Origin: Candidatus Daviesbacteria bacterium
Lineage (GTDB): Bacteria; Patescibacteriota; Microgenomatia; Daviesbacterales; UBA10151
DNA length: 64,000 bases
Direction of reading: 5' to 3'
Assembly: GCA_016184225.1 (NCBI GenBank)
Contig: JACPDA010000004.1
Location: 279,927 to 343,926 of the forward strand
In this document: positions 28,214 through 37,805 of the stretch, in pieces
Numbering within the stretch: position 1 is the first letter of the stretch
How the letters are laid out: every line of letters starts with the position of its first letter
The notes under the pieces: model-generated
What the model was told of the DNA's origin: nothing
Databases searched by the model: none
What the model saw: only the letters and a program-made list of their open reading frames with translations
Position numbers and translations under genes: made by a program

Positions 28214-28666
28214 ATGGTGTATCTTGCTACTGATCATGCGGGATTTGAACTAAAAGAAAAGATTAAGGAGTTTTTAATTAGAGATGGTTATGAAATAGAA
28301 GATTTCGGTGCAGCGAGTTTTGATCCGGAAGACGATTATCCTGATTTCATTAGTCAGGCTGCAGAGGCTGTGTCCAAAGACCCAACCAGCAAAGCTATTA
28401 TATTCGGTGGTTCAGGACAGGGGGAGGCAATAGTTGCCAATAAATTTTCTAGAGTCAGGGCTGCCGTATATTATGGAAAAGTAGAAGAAATGCCTAAGTT
28501 AACCCGTCAGCATAACGACTCAAATATTTTATCTTTAGGCGCAAGATTTTTAACTAACGAAGAAGCAATAGATGCTGTTAAGTTGTTTTTAGAGACTCCA
28601 TTTTCAGAAGAACCCCGTCATGTTAGAAGAATTGAGAAGATCCAAAAGATAGAAGAAAATACCTAA
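28214..28666 (+). CDS. rpiB: Ribose-5-phosphate isomerase B
   Basis: ATDHAGF.LKE, DDYPD, GGSGQG, R.HND.N.L.LGAR, RH.RRI. Confidence 0.9.
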   Translation: MVYLATDHAGFELKEKIKEFLIRDGYEIEDFGAASFDPEDDYPDFISQAAEAVSKDPTSKAIIFGGSGQGEAIVANKFSRVRAAVYYGKVEEMPKLTRQHNDSNILSLGARFLTNEEAIDAVKLFLETPFSEEPRHVRRIEKIQKIEENT

Positions 28667-29323
28667 ATGGTTCAAATTATTCCGGCAATACTTTCTATCT
28701 CTGAAGCAGATTATGATAGGGATATTTCCCGATATAGAAAATCTCAGTCTTTTCAGGATGGCTGGATACATATTGATTTCATGGATAATGTGTTCGTGCC
28801 CAATAAAAGTATTGATGCAGCTGCAACAGCTAAATACCCAACTCTTTTGCAAAAGGAAGCCCACATCATGGTGGCCCATCCAAAAGAGTGGGTTGATGAT
28901 TTGGTTGAGGCTAACTTTGAAAAGATAATTTTCCATATTGAGGTGGAAGATGATAAAAATGAGTGTATAGATTATATAAAGAGTAAGGGAGTTCAGGTAG
29001 GGTTAGCCATCAATAATTCTACTTCTCTTAAAAAACTGGAGCCGTTTTTAGGAAGAGTTGATATGATACTAGTAATGTCGGTAGTACCGGGGTTTCAGGG
29101 CCAGCCATTTATACCGGAAAGCTTGGAACGAATTAGGGAAATTTCCCGGATGCGATCGCAAGGCAATTTCAGTTTCAAAATTGGCATAGACGGGGCAGTG
29201 AAAAATACCAATGTCAAAGAAATTGCCAGCTCGGGAGTGGATTTTATTACAATCGGCTCTTACTTATTAAAAGGTGATATTGACCAAAATTTAGAAGAGT
29301 TATGGGAGGCTATTAATGAATAA
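28667..29323 (+). CDS. rpe: Ribulose-phosphate 3-epimerase
   Basis: HIDFMD..FVPN, EAHIMV, MSV.PGFQGQ.F, IDG. Confidence 0.92.
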   Translation: MVQIIPAILSISEADYDRDISRYRKSQSFQDGWIHIDFMDNVFVPNKSIDAAATAKYPTLLQKEAHIMVAHPKEWVDDLVEANFEKIIFHIEVEDDKNECIDYIKSKGVQVGLAINNSTSLKKLEPFLGRVDMILVMSVVPGFQGQPFIPESLERIREISRMRSQGNFSFKIGIDGAVKNTNVKEIASSGVDFITIGSYLLKGDIDQNLEELWEAINE

Positions 29324-29948
29324 CCTTAAATCTAGAAAGGTTTTAACCGTGCAGAACGTGGCTATTTTTGGTTACGCTGATGCATCGGAGAATGATAAAC
29401 TTTTCCAAGAAGTCAGAGCAGCAAGTAGGATTCTGGCAGAAGCAGGTTATGTGGTGGTGGATGGAGGGGGGCCGGGAGTGATGCGGGCTGCTACCATCGG
29501 AGCTAAGGAAGGTGGGGGTAAGGTGATTGGGGTGACTCTTTATTCGGAAGATATTCCTAATTTTGAAGGAAGAGACCCCAAGAACCTATTTGACGAAGAG
29601 ATAAAAACAACCAATTATGTAGAGCGAACTTTAGCTTTAATGAAGACAGGACAGATTTATGTGGTTTTTAATGGTGGCTCCGGTACTATTTCGGAGTTTG
29701 GTATGGCTTGGGGCCTGGCCAAGCTCTATTTCGGACACCATAAACCGCTCATCCTCTATGGTAAGTTTTGGGAGAATATTATCCAAGCTTTTAGAGATAA
29801 TATGCTGCTTAGACCACAAGAGTTAAAAGTTTATAAAATAGTTGACTCGCCGGAGGGGATACTGGATGCTATTGAGGATTTTGAAGCAGAGTTGAAAAGA
29901 GGCGAGCATAATCATATGCTATCGGCAGACGACAGTTTTAATATTTAG
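29316..29948 (+). CDS. LOG/YgdH family nucleotide phosphoribohydrolase-like protein
   Basis: GGGPGVM.A, ER, GG.GT.SE motif. Confidence 0.85.
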   Translation: MNNLKSRKVLTVQNVAIFGYADASENDKLFQEVRAASRILAEAGYVVVDGGGPGVMRAATIGAKEGGGKVIGVTLYSEDIPNFEGRDPKNLFDEEIKTTNYVERTLALMKTGQIYVVFNGGSGTISEFGMAWGLAKLYFGHHKPLILYGKFWENIIQAFRDNMLLRPQELKVYKIVDSPEGILDAIEDFEAELKRGEHNHMLSADDSFNI

Positions 29949-29960
29949 TAAACTATAGTT

Positions 29961-30818
29961 ATGACCCTGACTGCCCAAGATATCCAAAGACTTGAAGAAA
30001 AGGCTAATTTAATTCGTCAAGCTATAATTAAAATGTTGCTTGAGGCAGGATCAGGGCATTCTGCCGGACCGCTGGGAATGGCTGATATTTTCGCGGCTTT
30101 ATACTTTCATATCTTAAACCACGATCCGGCTAAGCCGGACTGGAGTGAACGCGACAGGCTGGTTTTATCTAACGGCCATATTTGTCCGGTGCTGTATGCC
30201 AGTTTGGCCCATGCCGGATATTTTCCGTTATCAGAGCTTTTAACCCTTCGTAAATTAGGCAGCCGACTCCAGGGTCATCCACACAGAGGTGCCCTTCCCG
30301 GGCTTGAGACAACATCCGGCCCGCTAGGGTCAGGTTTATCCCAGGCTGTAGGTATGGCTTTAGCCGGTAGGATAGATAAAGCTAAATGGCAGGTAATTTG
30401 TTTAATGTCAGACGGGGAGCAGGATGCAGGAAATACCTGGGAGGCGGTAATGTTGGCCGGAAAAAACAAGCTACATAATTTAACGGCTTTAATTGACCGC
30501 AATAATATTCAGATTGATGGTTTTACGGAAGATATCATGCCGCTTGAAAACCTGAGGGCAAAGTATGAAGCTTTTAACTTCCATGTATTGGAAATTGACG
30601 GCCACAACATGCAAGAAATCATTGATGCTTTCAACGGCGCTAAAGCTATTTTTGAAAAGCCGACTTTAATTATTGCCCACACCATCCCGGGCAAAGGGGT
30701 AGATTTTATGGAAGGTAAGTTTGAATGGCATGGAAAGCCTCCTAACAAAGAAGAAGCAAAATTAGCACTGCATGAGTTGAGGACCTTGCAGGGAAAAATT
30801 AAAAGCGAGCACCAATGA
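29961..30818 (+). CDS. Transketolase, N-terminal (TPP-binding) subunit
   Basis: SGH, DR.VLS.GH, LQGHP, GPLG.G, SDGE, KG..FME...WHG. Confidence 0.93.
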   Translation: MTLTAQDIQRLEEKANLIRQAIIKMLLEAGSGHSAGPLGMADIFAALYFHILNHDPAKPDWSERDRLVLSNGHICPVLYASLAHAGYFPLSELLTLRKLGSRLQGHPHRGALPGLETTSGPLGSGLSQAVGMALAGRIDKAKWQVICLMSDGEQDAGNTWEAVMLAGKNKLHNLTALIDRNNIQIDGFTEDIMPLENLRAKYEAFNFHVLEIDGHNMQEIIDAFNGAKAIFEKPTLIIAHTIPGKGVDFMEGKFEWHGKPPNKEEAKLALHELRTLQGKIKSEHQ

Positions 30819-31804
30819 TTAACCAAAACGCATATTTAAACCCCAAGCTTTTTGACCCTGATATTGAGCAGGTACCGTCCAGAAACGGCTATGGCGAGGG
30901 TTTAGTTTTGGCTGCAGAAGAAAACGAGCAGGTAGTGGCGCTTTGTGCGGATTTGACAGAGTCGACCAGGACCCAAGCTTTTGCCGAAAAATTTCCAGAG
31001 AGATTTATTGAAATTGGTGTGGCCGAACAAAATTTAGCCACTGTGGCAGCCGGAATGGCGTTGGGAGGAAAGGTTCCTTTTATTTCTTCATATGCCACCT
31101 TTTCTCCGGGTCGGAATTGGGAACAAATCAGAACTACCATCTGCTATAATGATGTACCGGTGAAAATTGTCGGCTCTCATGCCGGGGTCACAGTAGGACC
31201 TGATGGTGCCACTCATCAAGCCTTAGAAGATATGGCAATCATGCGTAGTTTGCCTAATATGGTAGTGATTTCACCTGCCGATACAATTGAAGCAAGAAAG
31301 GCTACGCTCGCCATGGCTCAGCTGGCTAAGCCTTGCTATATCAGGTTATCGCGAGACAAGACTCCTGTTATTACTACCGCCCAGACGCCTTTTCAGATTG
31401 GTAAGGCAGAAGTATTTTATGAAGGGAAAGATGTAGCGGTAATAGCTACTGGGCAAATGGTATATAGAGCTTTGCTTAGCGCTAAAGAAATGCAAATGCA
31501 CAAAATATCTGTTCGAGTAATAAATTGTCACACTATTAAGCCTTTAGATAAAAATACCATTCTAAAGGCGGCAGAGAATTGCAGGGCTGTAGTGACTGTG
31601 GAGGAACATCAGGTAACAGGTGGTTTAGGAGGGGCAGTGGCAGAGCTGTTGTCCCAGAATTTTCCGGTGCCCTTAAAAATTATTGGTGTGCAAGATCAAT
31701 TTGGAGAGTCAGGTGAACCTAATGAGCTTTTAGAAAAATTCGGGCTTACAAAAGAGGTGATTGGTAAAGCTATTACTACAGTTTTACGAATGAAGAACAG
31801 GTGA
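30815..31804 (+). CDS. Transketolase, C-terminal subunit
   Basis: ADL..ST, G.AEQN, GPDGATHQ, TIKPLD, EEH...GGLG. Confidence 0.93.
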   Translation: MINQNAYLNPKLFDPDIEQVPSRNGYGEGLVLAAEENEQVVALCADLTESTRTQAFAEKFPERFIEIGVAEQNLATVAAGMALGGKVPFISSYATFSPGRNWEQIRTTICYNDVPVKIVGSHAGVTVGPDGATHQALEDMAIMRSLPNMVVISPADTIEARKATLAMAQLAKPCYIRLSRDKTPVITTAQTPFQIGKAEVFYEGKDVAVIATGQMVYRALLSAKEMQMHKISVRVINCHTIKPLDKNTILKAAENCRAVVTVEEHQVTGGLGGAVAELLSQNFPVPLKIIGVQDQFGESGEPNELLEKFGLTKEVIGKAITTVLRMKNR

Positions 31805-31815
31805 GAAGTAAAATA

Positions 31816-32235
31816 ATGATCTCAAGTGAATTATCCAACCGCATAATTTTTATTCTAAGCTTATTAGGACTGGCTGTAGCCTCCTTTTTGTTTTATGAGT
31901 ACCAGATTAGCGGCTCAATTGTTTGTCCTACCGGTCAAGGCTGTGATATTGTTCGTGCTAGCCCCTATTCCCGCTTCTTTGGTATTTCAATCCCTATTTT
32001 GGGGATTGTTTTTTACTTAACAATGTCAGCACTTGCAGTTGTGCGTACCCAGCTCTTTTCTTTCAAAATACATACGTTACAATTGTTGATTGCAGTTTTA
32101 GGGGTAGGATTTGGGATCTATTTAACCTATTTAGAAATTTTTGTGATTGGCGCAATTTGCTTTTGGTGTGTATTATCGTTTATAATATCAATCATAGTTT
32201 TACTATCGGTTATTCTAGCCCGCAAAAATTTATGA
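31816..32235 (+). CDS. Vitamin K epoxide reductase (VKOR) family protein
   Basis: Loop cysteines CPTGQGC, S.YS, active-site CFWC, four TMs. Confidence 0.9.
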   Translation: MISSELSNRIIFILSLLGLAVASFLFYEYQISGSIVCPTGQGCDIVRASPYSRFFGISIPILGIVFYLTMSALAVVRTQLFSFKIHTLQLLIAVLGVGFGIYLTYLEIFVIGAICFWCVLSFIISIIVLLSVILARKNL

Positions 32236-32247
32236 AAAAAGACGCTT

Positions 32248-32898
32248 ATGAAAACAGAGACTAAAATTTTAGGAGCCATTTTAATAGGGACACTGGTTTT
32301 ACTGGTAGGTGGTATACTGCTGCTCAGCCGTGGAAACTCGGGGCCGGCCGGGATTGAAGGAGCTTCTGTTTCGCAGATTGATTATTCAAAAGGACAAAAG
32401 ATCGGAAGCGACAGCGCTAAGGTAAAACTGGTGGAGTTTTCCGATTTCCAGTGCCCGGCTTGTGCTGCGGCAGAACCCAGTGTCAGAAGCATCAGGATTT
32501 CATATCCTGATCAGGTACAGTTTATTTACCGCCACTTCCCGCTTCCCCAGCATGCTTTTGGCCGGGTAGCGGCAGCTTATGCTGAAGCTGCCGGAGAGCA
32601 GGGCAAATTTTGGGAAATGCATGAGAGGCTGTTTGAAACTCAATCTGAGTGGTCTGGTTTAAGCAAGAAAGAAGCTGCTGAGTTTTTCTTAAAAATAACT
32701 GGGGATTTAGGGTTAGATGAAAATAAAATTAAGGAGCAGGTGAACGGAAATACTATTCAGGCTAAAATTGACAGTGATTTGGTGGAAGGCCGAAACTTAG
32801 GAGTTAATTCCACCCCGACATTTTTCTTAAACGGCCGCAAACTTACTTTACAAAGATTTGAGGATTTGAACACTGCGGTTTCGAATGCTCTTAAGTAA
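32248..32898 (+). CDS. DsbA-family thioredoxin-fold protein
   Basis: EFSDFQCPAC, YRHFPL, cis-Pro GV.STPTF. Confidence 0.92.
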   Translation: MKTETKILGAILIGTLVLLVGGILLLSRGNSGPAGIEGASVSQIDYSKGQKIGSDSAKVKLVEFSDFQCPACAAAEPSVRSIRISYPDQVQFIYRHFPLPQHAFGRVAAAYAEAAGEQGKFWEMHERLFETQSEWSGLSKKEAAEFFLKITGDLGLDENKIKEQVNGNTIQAKIDSDLVEGRNLGVNSTPTFFLNGRKLTLQRFEDLNTAVSNALK

Positions 32899-33534
32899 GT
32901 GAAACTTTTTGGCAGGCCAGAAGACAATTAATAATCTAACCGGTATCACAATAGCCGAAAGTACGAAAGTAATCCGTCCCAAAGTCCGCTTGATTACCAA
33001 AACTCCTTCCACCTGTTCCATTAAATAAAAATGTCCTACAGCTAACCCTAGCGCCAGGTAACTTGTAATTTGGACAGTTTTCCAAGTCTTAGGACTTAAA
33101 AGTTTGAGAGCCTTTTTGCCGGAGGTTAAGGTTACCAGGAATAAAATAGCAATTGCGGCCAGCCCTGCCAGGATGCCCGGATATTTAGGATGAGAGTAGT
33201 CAACAAATCTTAACAGATTAAATTTGTAAAAATAAATAAAAACTAAGCTTACGTGAGCTAAAGCCACCAAAAAGCTCGTAATACCCCAGAACTTACGGTG
33301 GGCTTTTAGAAGATCCAAACTAGGAAACAGTTTACAGGTAGGGCCGACAAGGAGGGTAATTGCAAGCAGGCTGATACTTAAAAGCCCGCTTGTTTTAATC
33401 ATCTCCGAGGGGGTGATTTTGCCGAAATTATAAAATAGAAAAAAGGCCAAGAAAAGCCCGGCTGGCACTCCGATATCAAATAATCTGTGAGAGAGGTTTT
33501 TTTCTACTGAGTAATGATATGGATGGTTTTTCAT
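32848..33534 (-). CDS. Ferric reductase-like transmembrane protein (MsrQ/YedZ-like)
   Basis: RK.WG.....A..H, TS, W...Q..SY......H heme-ligand pattern; about six TMs. Confidence 0.75.
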   Translation of the reverse strand: MKNHPYHYSVEKNLSHRLFDIGVPAGLFLAFFLFYNFGKITPSEMIKTSGLLSISLLAITLLVGPTCKLFPSLDLLKAHRKFWGITSFLVALAHVSLVFIYFYKFNLLRFVDYSHPKYPGILAGLAAIAILFLVTLTSGKKALKLLSPKTWKTVQITSYLALGLAVGHFYLMEQVEGVLVIKRTLGRITFVLSAIVIPVRLLIVFWPAKKFHLLKSIRNRSVQILKSL

Positions 33535-33587
33535 TGACAGAAAGGTATCTATCTAGATAGTATGATAGTTGAAAGAGCTTTGTCAAA

Positions 33588-34394
33588 ATGAATGATCCTG
33601 CCCCCAAAGATAACTTACTTAATCTTTCCGGAAAAATAGCCATTGTCACCGGTGGGGCTTTAGGGATTGGCTTTGGAATTGCTTACAGACTGGCTGAAGC
33701 CGGAGCTAAGGTAATGATTGCTGATTTTAAGGAGCAGGAAGCAGCATCAGCAGTCCAGAGATTAACGGAAAAAGGCTGGGTGGCAAAAGCTACTAAAGTG
33801 GATATTTCCAATGAGGCAGATGTTTCTAAAATGGTTTCAGAAACTGTTAATGCCTTTGGTGAGTTGGATATTTTAGTCAATAATGCCGGAGTGTATCCCT
33901 CTATCCCGGTATTGCAGATGAGCCTGGCTGATTTCGACCGGGTAATCAGTGTGAATTTAAAAGGAGTTTTTCTTTGTACAAAATATGTTTCAGAGGAAAT
34001 GATAAAGCAGGGAAAAGGAGGAAAAATAATAAACATTACATCTGTTGATGCGTTGCATCCCTCGTCCGTGGGACTGGCCCATTATGATGCCTCAAAACAC
34101 GGGGTGTGGGGGTTTACCAAAAACGTGGCTTTAGAGCTAGCCCCGCATAAAATTTGGGTTAATGCCATAGCACCGGGAGGCATTGCTACACCCGGAGTAC
34201 GGACCATACAATCACAAGCTCCGGCCGGGGTGGATATGTCTAAAGTACTGGAAAACTTTTTGGTCAAAATCCCGATGCACAGGATGGGGGAACCGGATGA
34301 AATTGGTAAAGTGGCCTTATTTTTAGCTTCGGATATGTCTTCTTATATGACCGGCAGCCAAATTGTAGTCGACGGCGGAGTTTTATTGTCTTGA
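33588..34394 (+). CDS. Short-chain dehydrogenase/reductase
   Basis: TGGALGIG, NNAG, YDASK (YxxxK), VNAIAPG. Confidence 0.93.
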   Translation: MNDPAPKDNLLNLSGKIAIVTGGALGIGFGIAYRLAEAGAKVMIADFKEQEAASAVQRLTEKGWVAKATKVDISNEADVSKMVSETVNAFGELDILVNNAGVYPSIPVLQMSLADFDRVISVNLKGVFLCTKYVSEEMIKQGKGGKIINITSVDALHPSSVGLAHYDASKHGVWGFTKNVALELAPHKIWVNAIAPGGIATPGVRTIQSQAPAGVDMSKVLENFLVKIPMHRMGEPDEIGKVALFLASDMSSYMTGSQIVVDGGVLLS

Positions 34395-34436
34395 CAGCTT
34401 CCCTTTTTTAAGGTACTATATCCCCTATAGGGGGAT
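34391..34436 (+). promoter_or_regulatory. Promoter and CsoR operator
   Basis: TTGACA-17 nt-TACTAT immediately followed by ATCCCC-TATAG-GGGGAT, a C/G-tract palindrome typical of CsoR/RcnR boxes. Confidence 0.85.
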
Positions 34437-34452
34437 TAGGAAATAACAAATT

Positions 34453-34722
34453 ATGTATAGGCCAAAAGATACACAGGAACGGATATTACACAGATTAAAG
34501 ATTGCCAAAGGGCATTTGCAAAAAGTGATCCAAATGGTGGAATCCGGCCAGTATTGTATTGATGTAATTCACCAATCTCAGGCTGTCCAGCGGGCGTTGC
34601 AGGAAGTTGACGGGTTAGTTTTGGAAAACCATCTTAAAACTTGTGTGGTAGAACATATAAAAAATGGAGAAGCAGATACCTCAATTAAAGAAATAATGAA
34701 TGTGTTTAAGAAAAGCAAGTAA
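34453..34722 (+). CDS. csoR: Copper-sensing repressor CsoR family
   Basis: RL..A.GH...V..M....YC.DV..Q..AV and HLKTC. Confidence 0.9.
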   Translation: MYRPKDTQERILHRLKIAKGHLQKVIQMVESGQYCIDVIHQSQAVQRALQEVDGLVLENHLKTCVVEHIKNGEADTSIKEIMNVFKKSK

Positions 34723-34730
34723 CCTGTCCT

Positions 34731-35225
34731 ATGGGTGAAAAGAAGCTTATTATTATATTCGTTGCAATAACCGCCTTAATTCTGGGTGGCGGCATTTTTG
34801 TTCTAAGCAGTTCCTCTACTCCTGCCAAAATTACCGCTTCCCAAAATGCCAAAGCAGAAATCCTTGAGAAAACTTTTGATTGGGGTAATATCCCTTACAG
34901 CGGCGGCAATGCCACTAAAACTTTCACTATAAAAAATTCCGGGACTGACACATTAAGACTTAGCGGAATTAAAACTTCTTGTACTTGTACAAAAGCTCAG
35001 GTTACGATAGATGGCAAGGGGAGTCCTTATTTTAGTATGCACCCAACCTCTTCCTGGGTGGGTGTGGTAGCTCCCGGTAAAACTGCAGAGCTCCTAGTGA
35101 TTTTTGATCCGGCTTTTCATGGTCCTACCGGGGTGGGCCCAATGGAAAGGTTGATTTCAGTTGATACCAATGATATCCAGAATCCGAAGATAGAGTTTTC
35201 GCTAAAGGGTGTGGTGGTTAAATGA
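34731..35225 (+). CDS. DUF1573 Ig-like exported protein
   Basis: FDWG.I, F.IKN.G...L.L..I.TSC.CT, FDPAFH. Confidence 0.8.
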   Translation: MGEKKLIIIFVAITALILGGGIFVLSSSSTPAKITASQNAKAEILEKTFDWGNIPYSGGNATKTFTIKNSGTDTLRLSGIKTSCTCTKAQVTIDGKGSPYFSMHPTSSWVGVVAPGKTAELLVIFDPAFHGPTGVGPMERLISVDTNDIQNPKIEFSLKGVVVK

Positions 35226-36151
35226 AAAAGCTTAAGAAAGTTTTATTAAAAGCCGTACCGTTGTGGATGGTGATTGTAATTATTTTAAATTCCACCATGG
35301 TGATGGGGGTTGCACAGTATTATTTTTTAAGGCAGGAGATCCAAAGAGACCTTCAGGAGTTGTCTAAAACTACCCAAAGCCCGGAAGAGTTGACTCAGAT
35401 TCTAAGACAACAGGTACTACCTCAAAACGGCTACAGGACTCCTTTGAAATGGAAAGATTTAGGTAAAAAGTTGGTTGAAGCAGGCGCCATTGATAAGAAA
35501 AAATATGCGGATATTTTTGTTTCAGAGGCAGACGGCGGCGACCACATGAGGTACTTGGATGGCAGTTGGGAAGAAAACATGGTCATTAATGAAAAAAATT
35601 CCCGCTTTATGGTAAATACTTTGTGGGCTTTGGGGTTAGCCAATAAAAGTAAGGTATTGAATGAAGGTCAGATGAAAACCGGTGAGAATCCGACTGAGAA
35701 TTTTGCTTCTACCGGTGGTTGGACTTTGGGGGCTAAGCCGGTAATGGAGATTTATTCTTCAGCAGAGATCATCCCACTCACTTCCCAACAACAGGATCTG
35801 GTCAAAAAAATTGCTGAAAATGTATTCCGGCCCTGCTGTGGCAATTCTACGGCTTTCCCTGATTGCAATCACGGTATGGCAGCCTTAGGGTATATTGAGT
35901 GGGCTGTGTATAATGGTTTGCCAGAAAACCAAATCTATAAAGATCTTTTAGCGTTTAATACTTTTTGGTTCCCGCAAAATTATGTAGAAATGGCGGTTTT
36001 TTTTGACAAACAAGGCACTAAATGGAAAGATATTAATCCCCAACTTGCTTTAAGCAGGGATTACTCCTCGGCCCAGGGTGCAGCAAGGATTAAACAATCG
36101 GTTCAAAGTGTGCCGGGACTACAAAATCAAGGAGGAGGTTGTGGAGTATAG
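35222..36151 (+). CDS. Conserved hypothetical membrane-anchored protein with Cys/His motif
   Basis: RPCC.N...FPDCNHGMA and C-terminal GGCG; lies within the copper operon. Confidence 0.75.
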   Translation: MKKLKKVLLKAVPLWMVIVIILNSTMVMGVAQYYFLRQEIQRDLQELSKTTQSPEELTQILRQQVLPQNGYRTPLKWKDLGKKLVEAGAIDKKKYADIFVSEADGGDHMRYLDGSWEENMVINEKNSRFMVNTLWALGLANKSKVLNEGQMKTGENPTENFASTGGWTLGAKPVMEIYSSAEIIPLTSQQQDLVKKIAENVFRPCCGNSTAFPDCNHGMAALGYIEWAVYNGLPENQIYKDLLAFNTFWFPQNYVEMAVFFDKQGTKWKDINPQLALSRDYSSAQGAARIKQSVQSVPGLQNQGGGCGV

Positions 36152-36988
36152 ATGGAAAGTGTATTGTTCCAAACTTCTTTAATAGCCGCATTCGTGGCAG
36201 GGATGGTAGCCCTGTTTGCTCCTTGTTGCATCACTTTCTTACTTCCAGCATATTTAGGCAGTGTTTTTAAGGAAAAAGAAAAGGTTATTTTAATGACCTT
36301 GGTTTTTGGGGCCGGGATTTTTGTAGTACTTTTGCCTGCGGTATTAGGGGTAGCTTTTGTTTCAAAACTGCTTTTCCGCTATCATGACATGATTTACATT
36401 GTAGGGGGAATTATCATGCTGGCGGTGGCGGTGACGACCTTCTTAGGTATTAAGCTGCCAATGCCGAATTTGAGCGGAATCAATGCCAGCGGAAAAACCG
36501 ATGTGGTGTCAATTTTTACTTTGGGGATGGTGTCCGGGATTACCAGCGCTTGTTGTGCACCGGTTTTGATCGGTATTATGACTTTGACCCTTTTATCTCC
36601 TACCTTCTTTGGGGCCTTGCTGGTAGGAGGGATGTATGTTTTGGGTATGGTGGTGCCACTACTCCTCATTGCGGTTTTTCTATCCGATAAGATGCCTAAA
36701 TTTACGCTTCTCAGAAAGCCTGTTTTAGATTTAAGGCTGTTTGGCAAAACTTATGTAGTGATAATGAGCAATCTAGTGGCAGCGATTGTTTTTCTGATCA
36801 CCGGGTTACTGGCTTTAGGGTTGACAGTGACAGGGAAATTATCTGCCGAAAATATGGACGTGTTCACCAAGACTATTACTAATGCCCTAAACAGCGTTAA
36901 CGGCATGCTGGGAAATAATATTTTTATTAATATTTTGTTTGTAGGAGTATTAATTTACTTTATTTATTGGATATCAAAAAGAGTGTAG
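36152..36988 (+). CDS. CcdA/DsbD-type transmembrane thiol-disulfide protein
   Basis: APCC...LP.Y and ACCAPVL motifs. Confidence 0.85.
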   Translation: MESVLFQTSLIAAFVAGMVALFAPCCITFLLPAYLGSVFKEKEKVILMTLVFGAGIFVVLLPAVLGVAFVSKLLFRYHDMIYIVGGIIMLAVAVTTFLGIKLPMPNLSGINASGKTDVVSIFTLGMVSGITSACCAPVLIGIMTLTLLSPTFFGALLVGGMYVLGMVVPLLLIAVFLSDKMPKFTLLRKPVLDLRLFGKTYVVIMSNLVAAIVFLITGLLALGLTVTGKLSAENMDVFTKTITNALNSVNGMLGNNIFINILFVGVLIYFIYWISKRV

Positions 36989-37014
36989 TATGGATTATGA
37001 GGAGGTGAGAACAA

Positions 37015-37143
37015 ATGATGGGTTGGGGATATGGCTTCGGGGGAATGATGAATTCAGGATTGGGATCCATTTTTGGGATTATAGTCTTAATAGACCTGAT
37101 CCTTTTAGGTATTTGGCTTTGGAAACAAATAAGTAGGAGGTGA
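37015..37143 (+). CDS. Small Met/Gly-rich membrane peptide (42 aa), absent from ORF track
   Basis: MMGWGYGFGGMMNSGLGSIFGIIVLIDLILLGIWLWKQISRR with SD AGGAGGTGA. Confidence 0.75.
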   Translation: MMGWGYGFGGMMNSGLGSIFGIIVLIDLILLGIWLWKQISRR

Positions 37144-37149
37144 GAAAAA

Positions 37150-37413
37150 ATGTTAAATGCAAAAGCTTTTGCTAATGCGGCTGCGGCTGTAATGGCTGTT
37201 TGGGTGGTGGCTTGTGCTCTGCTGGCGTATATAGCACCAGGCCTATTATTTACAGTGGCTCAGTCATGGACACACACTATGAATCTTGAAGCAGTGAGAT
37301 CAACCTTCACTCCTAATCTGGGATTATTACTTTTGGGCTTAATAAGCGCAGTAGGACTGACTTGGCTGACAACATACGGGACGATTGTCCTGTATAACCG
37401 CTGGGCAAAGTAA
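37150..37413 (+). CDS. Small membrane protein (DUF5676-like)
   Basis: 87 aa, two TMs, C and WTH motif, SD AGGAGGTGA. Confidence 0.7.
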   Translation: MLNAKAFANAAAAVMAVWVVACALLAYIAPGLLFTVAQSWTHTMNLEAVRSTFTPNLGLLLLGLISAVGLTWLTTYGTIVLYNRWAK

Positions 37414-37433
37414 TTCATGGAAAGGAGACTATC

Positions 37434-37793
37434 ATGAGTTTGGATAAAATACTGGTGGGTCTTTTTGGCCTTTTGGGAATAGTATTTACCTACTGGTTTT
37501 TTCTGATGAAGAAGGAAAAGCCAGTTAATGTGGCTAGTGAGATAGATATTACTGTGTCCGGTGGATATTCACCGGAAGTTATCTCTATACCTTTGGCCAA
37601 AACCACGAAAATTAATTTTACAAGAACCGATCCAACGGATTGTCTTTCAGAGGTGGTTTTGTCAGATTTTCGAATAAAAAAAGAACTGCCCCTGAATAAA
37701 AAGGTAACTATAGAAATAACTCCTGAAAAAGCAGGAGAATTTAAGTTTACTTGTGGTATGAATATGTATCACGGGAAGATTATTGTTAGGTGA
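37434..37793 (+). CDS. Cupredoxin domain protein (CupA-like)
   Basis: GGYSP..I, C...V, F.CGMNMYHG. Confidence 0.88.
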   Translation: MSLDKILVGLFGLLGIVFTYWFFLMKKEKPVNVASEIDITVSGGYSPEVISIPLAKTTKINFTRTDPTDCLSEVVLSDFRIKKELPLNKKVTIEITPEKAGEFKFTCGMNMYHGKIIVR

Positions 37794-37805
37794 TATAGGA
37801 AGATT